Shown here: piece after piece, positions 36,904-46,542 of the stretch | How positions within the stretch are numbered: the stretch's first letter is position 1 | Layout of the letters: each line of letters begins with the position of its first letter | DNA from: Verrucomicrobiaceae bacterium | GTDB taxonomy: Bacteria > Verrucomicrobiota > Verrucomicrobiia > Verrucomicrobiales > Akkermansiaceae | Direction of reading: 5' to 3' | Length of the DNA stretch: 64,000 bases | Assembly: GCA_051252135.1 (NCBI GenBank) | Contig: JBPOGH010000006.1 | Location: forward strand, 160,001-224,000 | Notes under the pieces: generated by a model | Databases searched by the model: none | What the model was told of the DNA's origin: nothing | Seen by the model: the letters and a program-made list of their open reading frames with translations, nothing else | Translations under genes and position numbers: made by a program

Positions 36904-38760
36904 CTACTCTTCGAGAAGTTCGATCCGGTAGAATCGGTTAGGATCCGTTACTCCTGTTTCGGTGTAGCTGTCGGTTTCCCCCCCGGCGGTCTGGTCGGTG
37001 ATTTCCTCCCACGAAGTGAGATCGTCGGAAGCGAAGAGAATATAGGTGGAACCGGGTTTGGCAGCCCATTCGATGGTCACAGATCCGGCGTTGTAGCTGA
37101 CATTGGTGATCATAGGGCCGGCTTCCACCGGTTCAACGGGCAACTCGATCAGGCCAATTTTGACGTTGGAGAACGTGAGTCCGTTGTCTGCTTCGCCGCC
37201 CACATTCGAGGAGCCGAAGGTGTCCGAGTTCGCCCAAACACCGAGCACGCCGAAGTTATTAGCGATGCCGCTGACGTCAGTTGCACTGTAGCTATCAAGA
37301 AGGGCTGGGCCCTTGCTCAGCGAGCCAAAAATATCCGCGCTATCCTCAGCGGTCCGTTTGACGGACATTTCGATGACATACTCCGTGTTGGGCTCAAAGG
37401 CGTATCCGGCATCACCACTGTTTCCCAGCGAAGTCCATTCACCGGTTGTTCCGAGGAAACGACCGGTCGTGTTCGGTGAGTTGTGCTCCCTGATCGTGAC
37501 GTCCTCTTTGCCGAGGTCGGCTCCTGTCAAGTTGATGTCAAAGTCGAGCATGTAACCCGGGAAGTCAGTATAGAGAGGATTCGCCTCGGATGAGGACGAC
37601 AACAAGTCGGCGGCCAAGCCAGGGTTGTTAAAGTCCATCAAGGCAACTTTAAACGCACCGCTCTTACTGACACCTACAGTTGCCGGGGTCGTAAAGGTCA
37701 AGGCGGCTACCAAGGTTTCCCCAATCTCAAGGGTCTGCGGGGGAAAGGTTCCATGCATACCACGACCGGAGGTTCCTGTGACCAGTCCCAATTCTCCGGG
37801 GCTAACCTCGACAGAGTTGCCACTTGGTGAACTGGACGACCACCAGGCCGCATCATTTGCTTCCGTGCTCGCCCGATCTCCATCGGCGAAGCTATCGTCG
37901 ATTCCCACCTTGATATTCACCTGTGGATTCAGTTCGACGGTGACATTGGAAAACGAGATCCCGTTGTCGGCATCCCCGAAAAAATTGTTCGATCCGAAGG
38001 CGTTCGAATTTGCCCAGAATCCGAGCATTCCAATATTGTTGGCGATCCCGCTGGAATCGGTAGCGGTAAAGCTATCCAGACGAACTCCGTCCTGACTGAG
38101 GGAGCCGAAGATTTGCATGCTGTCTTCTCCGGTCCTGATGAGAGAAATGACCCCGGTATATTCGGTGTTGGCGAGGATTGAATAGTCGGCGTCGGAGCTA
38201 CTTCCCAGAGATGTCCATTCCGTCGTTGTGCTCAGGAAGCGACCACTTGTGTTAGGGACATCGTGTTTTCGAATGCCGGTGTCGTCCGATGCGTCCGATT
38301 GGTTCACATCGAATTCAAGCAGGTAACCCGGGAGGCTGGTGTAAAGCGGATTGGGCTCGGAGCTACTCGATGTTAAATCGGCAGCAAGGCCTGCGTTATT
38401 GAAGTCCATCAGTGCGATCTTGAAGCCGCCACTAATGTCAGTGCCTACGGTAGCAGGGGTGGTAAAAGTAAATGTAGTAACAAGCGTATCGCCTACGGCC
38501 AACGTTTGGGGGGCAAAGGTCGCATGGATTCCGCGGCCAGAACCTCCACTAACCAATCCCAATGATCCGGTTTCAACCTCAACGGAATTCCCGCTCGCGT
38601 TACTGGATGACCACCAGTCCGCATCCACTTCATCGGGGTTGTCTGTATTGGAGCGGTCTCCATCCAACCAATTGTCATTAACGATGATTTGGGCGCTCAC
38701 TGATGATGGCACCAGTAGAATTGCAGCGGACAGGGAATAAAAGGAACGTGATTTTTTCAT
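36904..38760 (-). CDS. Secreted protein with two tandem copies of an unannotated ~250-aa domain plus a C-terminal SxDLxxW/FYR domain
   Basis: Signal peptide; internal duplication (DGDR..WWSSS..GNSVEV..GRG(I/M)H..FTTPATVG..LMDFN..GRFL.TT.EW..G.WANS). Confidence 0.85.
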   Translation of the reverse strand: MKKSRSFYSLSAAILLVPSSVSAQIIVNDNWLDGDRSNTDNPDEVDADWWSSSNASGNSVEVETGSLGLVSGGSGRGIHATFAPQTLAVGDTLVTTFTFTTPATVGTDISGGFKIALMDFNNAGLAADLTSSSSEPNPLYTSLPGYLLEFDVNQSDASDDTGIRKHDVPNTSGRFLSTTTEWTSLGSSSDADYSILANTEYTGVISLIRTGEDSMQIFGSLSQDGVRLDSFTATDSSGIANNIGMLGFWANSNAFGSNNFFGDADNGISFSNVTVELNPQVNIKVGIDDSFADGDRASTEANDAAWWSSSSPSGNSVEVSPGELGLVTGTSGRGMHGTFPPQTLEIGETLVAALTFTTPATVGVSKSGAFKVALMDFNNPGLAADLLSSSSEANPLYTDFPGYMLDFDINLTGADLGKEDVTIREHNSPNTTGRFLGTTGEWTSLGNSGDAGYAFEPNTEYVIEMSVKRTAEDSADIFGSLSKGPALLDSYSATDVSGIANNFGVLGVWANSDTFGSSNVGGEADNGLTFSNVKIGLIELPVEPVEAGPMITNVSYNAGSVTIEWAAKPGSTYILFASDDLTSWEEITDQTAGGETDSYTETGVTDPNRFYRIELLEE

Positions 38761-38956
38761 GGGGAGTTTTTTGGTTTGCGGACTTAGGGGAATTGGGTAG
38801 TCGGCAGAAGTTAATTGATGGGGGGAACTGGAGTTTTCAGTGCAAATGATTGTTCGTTAGTTTTTGAAGGCAAGTCAAATTTTCGCCTCCGGGGAGCTTC
38901 AGACAGTGGTCTGATTTTCACCGCAGGAGGTGGCAATTGGCCTGCCCGGAACAGCG

Positions 38957-38990
38957 GAATTCTTCAGCTCAAAGAATTCTTCAGCTCAAA
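38957..38990. repeat. Perfect 17-bp tandem duplication
   Basis: GAATTCTTCAGCTCAAA x2 in the intergenic region. Confidence 0.9.
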
Positions 38991-39161
38991 GGTTTGTCGC
39001 TTCGGATCAATCTTTTGAGGTGATCATCAGGGATCCAGTATGTCCCGGAGATCGTCTTCACGCCGATCCAGTTTTGAGGCGGCCCCTAGCAAGTTTTCCT
39101 TAGGGGATCCCGGTTGTTCTCCGTTTTTAAAATGGGCAGGTTTTGTGTTCCTGTCCGCGAG

Positions 39162-40229
39162 TTACTCTTTCTCGATGCGGTAGAAGCGATGTCCTCCATC
39201 GATCACTTCCTCGGTGAAACTCTCCGTTTCCGCATCTGCGGTGAGGTCCGTGAGTTCTTCCCAAGTCGAGAGATCATCCGAACCGAAGACCAAATAGGTA
39301 GCGCCGATCTCGGCGTTCCATTGGATCGTTACCGACTCGGTGCCTTCGACGATCATGTAGTCGATACTGGTGGCGATCGTTTCCACGACGACGGGAGGGT
39401 GGGGGGTCCGTTCAACGGTGACGTGGGAGAAGGTGATTCCATTGTCGGGATCGCCGGAGGAATTGGTGGAACCGAAGGTGTTGGAATTCACCCAGAATCC
39501 CAGCATGCCGATGTTGTTGGCGGTTCCGCTTTCATCGGTTACGGTATGGCTATCCAGAAGTGTTCCTCCCTGACTAAGGGATGCGAAGATGTCCAAGGTG
39601 TCTGCCCCGGTTTTGGAAAGGGACATGACGCCGACATATTCGGTATTGGGAAGAATGGCGTAGCCTGGGTTTTCACTGCCCCCGATCAGAGACCATTCAC
39701 CCGTTGTGCCAAGGAAGCGCCCGCTGGTATTTGGGGTGTCGTGCTTTCGGATGCTTGTGTTGTCCGCATCGGTTTCGGTGTCGGTCTTGTTGACGTCAAA
39801 ATCGACCATGTAACCCGGTAGGTTGGTGTAGAGCGGGTTCACATCGCTGGAGCTGGAATTCAGGTCTGCAGCCAAGCCCGGGTCGTTGAAGTCCATCAAG
39901 GCGGCCTTCAAGGCGGTTCCTCTGTTCGTCCCTACGGTGGCAGGTGTGGTGAAGGTGAAGGTCACCGTCAGGGTGTCACCGACGGCCAAGACGATGGGGG
40001 TGAAGGTTGCGTGGATTCCACGCCCCGCGGTTCCGGAGATCAGTCCAAGTTCGTTAACGTCGGCTTCGACCGAGTTTCCGCCTGCATGGTTGGATGACCA
40101 CCAGTCGGCATCCAGCTCCCCGGTCTTCGCCCGATCGCCATCGGCCCAATTGTCATCGACGACGACTTGAGCTCTTATTACTGATGGTGCGAGGAGCACT
40201 GCCAAACAGAAGGGGATCGATTTATTCAT
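39162..40229 (-). CDS. Secreted paralog with one copy of the same ~250-aa domain plus the C-terminal SxDLxxW/FYR domain
   Basis: ATG 40229 (MNKSIPF), signal peptide; near-colinear motifs with 36904..38760. Confidence 0.85.
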   Translation of the reverse strand: MNKSIPFCLAVLLAPSVIRAQVVVDDNWADGDRAKTGELDADWWSSNHAGGNSVEADVNELGLISGTAGRGIHATFTPIVLAVGDTLTVTFTFTTPATVGTNRGTALKAALMDFNDPGLAADLNSSSSDVNPLYTNLPGYMVDFDVNKTDTETDADNTSIRKHDTPNTSGRFLGTTGEWSLIGGSENPGYAILPNTEYVGVMSLSKTGADTLDIFASLSQGGTLLDSHTVTDESGTANNIGMLGFWVNSNTFGSTNSSGDPDNGITFSHVTVERTPHPPVVVETIATSIDYMIVEGTESVTIQWNAEIGATYLVFGSDDLSTWEELTDLTADAETESFTEEVIDGGHRFYRIEKE

Positions 40230-40444
40230 GGAGTCAATTTGTTGTTGTGTGCAAATCGGGGGGGAATTCAGTCCGAGAATTTGTCCGATTCGGTACATAC
40301 AGACATTTATTTCAGCCTGATGGCAAGCTCTAATTGGAGTCGTGAACAAAGGTGGAAATCGATGGTTGATTTTTGGCCCGTAGAATTGACGGGGGAGAGG
40401 GACGGGCAAACACCGATTAAGGATTGGGGACGCTGAACGAACCA

Positions 40445-41365
40445 CTAGTTTGATCTGAAGAACCTGCGCATCAGGGTCATCGCGGCAGGCACCTCCTTGA
40501 ACGGGTGTTCTTCCTCATATTCCAGGACGATGTTTCCACGATAGCGGGCATCCTGCAGGATCTTACTGACCCGACCAAGGTCCGCGTCATAGAGTCGGCC
40601 TTTTGGGGTCTTCATTTTGAATTTCAGTTGCACATTGATGGCGTAAGGAGCGCACTGCACCAGCTCGGCGTAGGGATCATCAGAAACGAAGTTTCCCGTA
40701 TCAAGGTTAACGCCAAACCAGTCACTTTTGATTCCTTTGACAATCTCGACAATGTGATTGCCGGATAAATCCCCATGGTTTTCTACGCCGATGAATACTC
40801 CGGATTTCGCGGCGTAATTGACACATTCTTGAAGTGCTTCGATGGCGTTTTCCATATGCGCCGGAGATTTTTCGAGGTCGTTTCGGGTGCCGGCAAAAAA
40901 CCGGATGTGAGGAGCACCCATGATAGCCGCACGATCGATCCAGCCTTTGGCTTCTGCGATTTGGAGATCCAATTCCCCGCCTTTGGGGATTGTGAAGTTA
41001 TTTCCAATTGCGGTGCCGGTAATAGGGACGCCGTTGAGGAAAGCATGTCGTTTCAGGTTCCGGTAGTAGGCTTCGTCGGCATCGGGCGGGAAGAAGTAGC
41101 TGGTGAGTTCAGCGCCGCATTGGAGGTCGGCGCAGTAGTCGATAAACTCGAACATATCGATGGCTTTTCCCTCTTGGGGTGTCTGAGACTTTCCCTTGAA
41201 AAAAGCAAAGTGCCGTTTGAAGGCGTAGGCGGCGAGGGATAGTTTGAAAACAGGGCTCGCTGCGGTTTGCAGAGCTTCTTGCGCAAGCAGGGTTGGAGAG
41301 GCCGCGGCAGTTGCAAGAGAGCCCAAGGACATGGTCTTGAAGAAGGAACGTCGATCAGTGGTCAT
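40445..41365 (-). CDS. Tat-exported sugar phosphate isomerase/epimerase family protein
   Basis: DRRSFFK twin-arginine signal; GVENHG, NLDTGNF and VLEYE motifs. Confidence 0.88.
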   Translation of the reverse strand: MTTDRRSFFKTMSLGSLATAAASPTLLAQEALQTAASPVFKLSLAAYAFKRHFAFFKGKSQTPQEGKAIDMFEFIDYCADLQCGAELTSYFFPPDADEAYYRNLKRHAFLNGVPITGTAIGNNFTIPKGGELDLQIAEAKGWIDRAAIMGAPHIRFFAGTRNDLEKSPAHMENAIEALQECVNYAAKSGVFIGVENHGDLSGNHIVEIVKGIKSDWFGVNLDTGNFVSDDPYAELVQCAPYAINVQLKFKMKTPKGRLYDADLGRVSKILQDARYRGNIVLEYEEEHPFKEVPAAMTLMRRFFRSN

Positions 41366-41368
41366 TAT

Positions 41369-43207
41369 TTAAGGGGAGGCTGTGGGGTCGCTGCTAAAGC
41401 GGATGAAAAAGTTGGAATCGTCAGGCAGGGCAATGGAATCGAAGAAGCGGAGAGTGCGGATGCCGCCGGAATCTCCGATTACCTGGCGATTGTTGGTGAT
41501 GTTGCGCCAGGAGAGGAGGTCATTGGAGATTTCGACATCGATTGCGAGAGCATCATCCATGGCAGAGTCGGTTTCAATGATGACGCTTCCCCGGTTGGAG
41601 GTGGAGATAAAGAATTCTTCGAGGATGAGCGGGGTGGGTTGATCGACGGAACCGGGATCGGAGCCGCGCCAGATCTCGAAAACGTTGAAGTGGGAGTCGT
41701 GGTCCGGATCGGCTCCGTGGCCAATAACGTTGAGGTCTGTTTCACCGGGGAAGGGGCCGCCGGGGGAGGTGAGGGATTCGATGACGACCTCCTGATTGTT
41801 TGGAGGGGGGGCGAATCCGGAGAGGTTGACGTTATCGATGTAGACATCGTCACCATTGCCCGAGGACTCACAGCGGAAGCGAATTTTCACGGTGGACGTA
41901 AAGTTATAGGTGGTGTTGTCGAGAGTGAGAGATGGGTTGTAGCGGGTTCCGTCATCCACGAAATCGACATCATTGACGTAAGATTTGATGGTTGTCCAAG
42001 TTGCACCGTCGTCGTTTGAGAATTCGACATGGAAAGATTCGGAGCCTTCAAAGCTTTGCACCACGTAGCTGAAATCGATCCTGAGTTGGGTGTATGGGGT
42101 GAGGTCCAGCGGGTTGGTCAATGTGGCTACCGAAGTCGAGGAGTCATCCTGAAGGGAGAAGCACTGCGAGCCGATGGCGAAATCGGGGGAGAGGGAGGCA
42201 TCGCTTCCGCCACCCGTCCAGTTCCCCCAGCCGGTTTCAAAGTCATCGTTGGTCAAAGGGGACCAACCTGCCGGAGAGGGCGTCATACTGAAGGTGGCGG
42301 TTACGGACTTGTTTGCGTCCATCGTGATGGTGTCCGGGTTTTGGGTTCCGGTCAGGTCACCGCTCCAGCCGTCAAACTGCCAACCCGCATTTGGGGTCGC
42401 GGTGAGTTCTACAGCGGTGTTTTCGAGGTAAGTCCCGCCCGCTTGGTCAAGATTTACGGTGCCTTGTCCAACGGTGTTCGTCGACAAGGTGTATTGGGTG
42501 ATGTTTTCCGCCCAAGTGAGCTCGTTGAAATAGACGGTGGCTTCACCGGCGTCCTGCAGGTAGGCGCCTGCCTTCCAATAGCTCGGGAAGGTCCAGTAGG
42601 AGATATCCCTCGTGTCGAGGGTGGTCCCGTTGATGGCGATCTGCATGGTGCCCGCGTTGATCGCTACGTCGCAGTCGAAATACCCGGCGGGGGTGGGTCC
42701 CAGGTCGACATGGGTGGTGTTGTCTCCGGTGGCATCGGTCTTGATAGCCGCCCAGATGTGGTCGGTTGGGGTTTTCGCAAGGTGCCGGTAGATGCGCAAC
42801 AAGGGTTTGTTCGGTCCAGGGCCGACATTGGCATCATCGTGAATTTGCAGGATCGTTACCTGGTCGCAGGTCTGGGAGATGATCCTGACGTTTGCATGCG
42901 CGGCTTGAAAGGAGGTATGGGCGAACCAGTTTTCGAGGTATCGTAGCTCGGATCGCATGAGGGCTCCCGTTTGGTAGAATGCCATTTTGTCGGTATCCAA
43001 AAGTTCGAACCAGCTTGAGCAATAGCCATCAATGAGCTCTTGTTTTGATGCGGCTTGAGAGCTGGTGGGAGCTTGTAATTTGCATTCGGCAATGGCCGCC
43101 TGAAACTTGGAAAGAGTGTAGGGGGAAGTGCACTGCGCAGACACCAATACCGGTCCGGCGACCATGGTCGCCAGCAGGACTATTAGGAAGGGTTTGATCG
43201 TCATCAT
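41369..43207 (-). CDS. PL7 alginate lyase with InlB B-like repeat, beta-sandwich module and C-terminal domain
   Basis: RSELR, QIH and YWKAGAYLQ PL7 motifs; LTATPNAGWQFDGWSGDL...TMDANKSVTATF repeat; DDFETGWGNW module. Confidence 0.9.
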   Translation of the reverse strand: MMTIKPFLIVLLATMVAGPVLVSAQCTSPYTLSKFQAAIAECKLQAPTSSQAASKQELIDGYCSSWFELLDTDKMAFYQTGALMRSELRYLENWFAHTSFQAAHANVRIISQTCDQVTILQIHDDANVGPGPNKPLLRIYRHLAKTPTDHIWAAIKTDATGDNTTHVDLGPTPAGYFDCDVAINAGTMQIAINGTTLDTRDISYWTFPSYWKAGAYLQDAGEATVYFNELTWAENITQYTLSTNTVGQGTVNLDQAGGTYLENTAVELTATPNAGWQFDGWSGDLTGTQNPDTITMDANKSVTATFSMTPSPAGWSPLTNDDFETGWGNWTGGGSDASLSPDFAIGSQCFSLQDDSSTSVATLTNPLDLTPYTQLRIDFSYVVQSFEGSESFHVEFSNDDGATWTTIKSYVNDVDFVDDGTRYNPSLTLDNTTYNFTSTVKIRFRCESSGNGDDVYIDNVNLSGFAPPPNNQEVVIESLTSPGGPFPGETDLNVIGHGADPDHDSHFNVFEIWRGSDPGSVDQPTPLILEEFFISTSNRGSVIIETDSAMDDALAIDVEISNDLLSWRNITNNRQVIGDSGGIRTLRFFDSIALPDDSNFFIRFSSDPTASP

Positions 43208-43444
43208 GCTTGAGATTTTGATGATTCAGTCGCGCCAACAGGTTGCGAAGGCGGCGTCTATTTCCCGAGCTATTTTCATCATTGGGCCAGTGGGGAAGGG
43301 AACCACTGATTTTCATTTTGGGAAGAATTAAAACCGGACAGTCTCATTTGGGGCCAGGGGAGGCGGTGTTGGGCAATTGAAGTTCTTGCGCAAAAAGGGG
43401 CAAATAGTATTCTGAATTCGCAGCTCCCTCGGGATTGCTCTCTT

Positions 43445-44863
43445 ATGATTCTGACCAGAACGATACCCACTCTTTGCGGTCTCCTCTCCCTTTGCACTGG
43501 CTTTTCCCCCGGGGCTGACATCCTTATTTCTCCTGAGACCGAGTTGAAACCGGTGCTCAAGCAGGTCGGGCCCGGAGACTCGATCGTGCTTAGCGATGGC
43601 ATTTGGACAGATCCGGAGTTGCGATTCGAGGGATTGATCGGGACGGAAGAGCAGCCAATTTCCATTCGCGCGGAATCTCCGGGCAAGGTCGTGCTTTCCG
43701 GAAAAGTGAAATTTGGGGTGTCGGGCAAGCATGTGGTGGTGTCGGGTTTTCGATTCCTAAATGCGGTGGAAGTGCCCGACGTTTTCGAGTTCCGGACCCA
43801 TAGTGAACGGCACGCGCATCAATGCCGGATCACCGATTGTTCCTTCGAGCAGACGAAGACAGGAGGAGACCAGAGATCGATTTGGCTGAACGTATATGGA
43901 AGCGGTAACCGGGTGGACCATTGTTACTTTTCCGGGAAACAGAACCCCGGGACCACTTTGGTTGTCTGGGTTGATGAAACGCCGGGAGAGCACCGGATTG
44001 ATCACAACCACTTTGGGCATCGTCCCGAATTGGGCGAAAATGGTGGCGAGACGGTTCGAATTGGAACGAGTGAGGTCTCGGAACTCAATAGCCGGACGAT
44101 TGTGGAGGAGAACTACTTTGAGCGATGCAATGGCGAGGCGGAGATTGTTTCCAACAAATCCTGCGAGAATATCTATCGCTACAACCTTTTTGATCGCTGC
44201 GAGGGAGCGCTCACCCTGCGGCATGGTCATCGGTGTGTTGTAGAGGGAAACGTTTTCCTTGGTCACGAGGTGAACAGAACGGGAGGGGTGCGATTGATCG
44301 GGAGTGATCATCGGGTGATCAACAACTACTTTGAGGGATTACGCGGAGATTCCGAGCGGTCCGCGATCTCTCTGATGAACGGTGTTCCCGATGGCCCGTT
44401 GAACGGCTTTGCTCCTGTTCGAAATGCCATCATCGCCCACAACACGCTGATCGATTGCAAGGTGTCGATGGAGTTTGGGGTGAGTCCGGGCAAGAAGGGG
44501 ACAGTGGCTCCTTCCGACTGCGTGGTGAGCCACAACGCGTTTATCCCCGGTAAGTGGGAGCTCTTTCGTGTTCCGCACAAACCGGTCAATTTTACCTGGG
44601 CGGGTAACCAGTATCAGTCGGGGAAGACCCGTGGTGCGGACCTTGTCGAGATCGAGCGTGTGAATATGGAGATGGTCCGCGGTGCGGACGGACTACTTAG
44701 GCCGACAGATGTCGAGGCACTGTTGAGCGGATCAGATTCGAAAGTCGAAGCGGATATTGACGGGAAGCCCCGTCGGCCGGGGATTGCGGGTTGCGATGAT
44801 CCGGGTAACGCCATCACGATTCGCGAATTGCCAAAGACCACGGGGCCAACCTGGCGGGGGTAA
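43445..44863 (+). CDS. PL6 (chondroitinase B-fold) alginate lyase
   Basis: Signal peptide; NRVDHCYF, NGGETVRIG, EIVSNKS (catalytic Lys) and LTLRHG (catalytic Arg). Confidence 0.9.
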   Translation: MILTRTIPTLCGLLSLCTGFSPGADILISPETELKPVLKQVGPGDSIVLSDGIWTDPELRFEGLIGTEEQPISIRAESPGKVVLSGKVKFGVSGKHVVVSGFRFLNAVEVPDVFEFRTHSERHAHQCRITDCSFEQTKTGGDQRSIWLNVYGSGNRVDHCYFSGKQNPGTTLVVWVDETPGEHRIDHNHFGHRPELGENGGETVRIGTSEVSELNSRTIVEENYFERCNGEAEIVSNKSCENIYRYNLFDRCEGALTLRHGHRCVVEGNVFLGHEVNRTGGVRLIGSDHRVINNYFEGLRGDSERSAISLMNGVPDGPLNGFAPVRNAIIAHNTLIDCKVSMEFGVSPGKKGTVAPSDCVVSHNAFIPGKWELFRVPHKPVNFTWAGNQYQSGKTRGADLVEIERVNMEMVRGADGLLRPTDVEALLSGSDSKVEADIDGKPRRPGIAGCDDPGNAITIRELPKTTGPTWRG

Positions 44864-44885
44864 GGTGAACGACAGATTTCCAACG

Positions 44886-46352
44886 ATGAAAAACAATTAT
44901 ACAATCTCGATTGCTTTGGCTTTTGCCATTCAGAGTGTTCATGGCGCTACCCACCCGGTGCGGTCGGCGGAAGAAGTGGAGGCGGTCATCGAATCGGGCA
45001 AATTGGTTCCGGGCGACATCATTGAATGGGCCGATGGCGAGTATTCCGACGAGGAGCTTGCGATCAGTGAGGTGCATGGCACGGAAGCGGATCCGATTAC
45101 GCTCCGGGCGGCCAAGCCGGGAGGGGTGGTCCTGCGTGGCGAATCCAAGTTCAATATCGGGGTTAAATGGTGGGTGATTGAAGGGTTCCACTTCGATGGA
45201 GGAGACGGTAAACCCAACAGTTACAACCCGATTCAATTTCGAGGCAGCAATGGGGCCGGTGCGGAGAACTCGAAGCTCACGGGTTGCGCGTTGACGAATT
45301 TGAATGCCGAAGATGAATCCTCGAAGTGGGTTCTAATTTACGGCAAAAACAACACGATCGAACATTGTCATTTCAGTGGCAAGAAGAGCAAGGGTGCCCT
45401 TGTTACGGTGGAACTGGGAAGCCTGGGGGACGAGGAGACGGCAGGGCACCGGATCGCCTCAAATTATTTTGCGAATGTGGCGCCGCAGGAGGGGACGGAC
45501 AATGAGGTGATCCGGGTTGGGTTCAGCGGAGATCAAAACAAGCCTGCGACCTGTGTCATTGAAGGAAATTATTTTTTCCGTTGCGATGGGGAGAACGAGA
45601 TCATTTCGAACAAGTCGAGCTACAACACTTATCGCGCAAACACCTTTCGGCAGTGCAATGGCGCCTTGGTCTTGCGTCACGGTCATCACGCGCGGGTGGA
45701 GGGCAATTATTTCTTCGGTGACGGGGCGACGGACGCGGGAGGCATCCGTGTTACGGACAGCCATCATGTCATTATCAACAACTCCATGCAGGGCTTGAAC
45801 GGGACGACGTGGAATGCCGCGTTCTCGATTCTGGGCGGGAAAAAGACGTCGGGAGGAAAGGATAATGGTTATCAAGCGGTCGACGGGATTGTGGTGGCGC
45901 ACAACTCGATCATTGATTGCAAGCGCAGCCTCTTTCTCAACAAGGCGAAAGGATCACGGGCACCGACCGGGCTTTTGGCAAACAATCTCGTGGTGGGGAG
46001 CATGGGTCCGTTGGTGCTTGCCGAGCTCTCCCCGGATCAATTGGAGTGGAAGGGAAACGTCTTTCACGGTGCTCCCGTGGGAGCGAAGGTGCCTGCGATC
46101 ACTGAAGACCCCCTGATGACGAAGGTGGGCGAGCGGCTGATTCCCGGAGCCAAGGGGTCGGCGGTTGATGCGGCGGTGGAGATCGAGTTGGTTGTCGCGA
46201 GCGATATTGCCGGTCGGATGCGACCTGCCTTGGGTCGGGATATTGGTGCTGACGAGATCACCGGAGCGAGTGGGGAGGCATCGTTGGCTCCGCTGAAGCC
46301 TGCCGACGTTGGAGTCAAATTCCTGAAGGGTGGGGAGCCCGAGGGTCGATAG
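44886..46352 (+). CDS. Second PL6 alginate lyase
   Basis: ATG 44886; signal peptide; DNEVIRVG, EIISNKS and LVLRHG. Confidence 0.9.
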   Translation: MKNNYTISIALAFAIQSVHGATHPVRSAEEVEAVIESGKLVPGDIIEWADGEYSDEELAISEVHGTEADPITLRAAKPGGVVLRGESKFNIGVKWWVIEGFHFDGGDGKPNSYNPIQFRGSNGAGAENSKLTGCALTNLNAEDESSKWVLIYGKNNTIEHCHFSGKKSKGALVTVELGSLGDEETAGHRIASNYFANVAPQEGTDNEVIRVGFSGDQNKPATCVIEGNYFFRCDGENEIISNKSSYNTYRANTFRQCNGALVLRHGHHARVEGNYFFGDGATDAGGIRVTDSHHVIINNSMQGLNGTTWNAAFSILGGKKTSGGKDNGYQAVDGIVVAHNSIIDCKRSLFLNKAKGSRAPTGLLANNLVVGSMGPLVLAELSPDQLEWKGNVFHGAPVGAKVPAITEDPLMTKVGERLIPGAKGSAVDAAVEIELVVASDIAGRMRPALGRDIGADEITGASGEASLAPLKPADVGVKFLKGGEPEGR

Positions 46353-46542
46353 GCAATCAGGAGACGGTCCGTTCCCACAGGGTCGTGGTCTTTGCAATAT
46401 CATGCGACAAAAAGGAATTGCCAAGAGGGGGGGGGATTCGTTAAAAGCACCTTTAAGCTCACTTTTGTGAATGGGGATCGAAAGGATCCACAAGTTTGAA
46501 GCGCCAGCGGAGAACCCAGCTTAGATAAGAAAAACCAAATCC

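Noticed and set aside
36880..36908. AGTAGA...TCTACT inverted repeat between convergent island genes
   Set aside because: Arms coincide with the two stop codons and there is no T tract; at most a weak terminator
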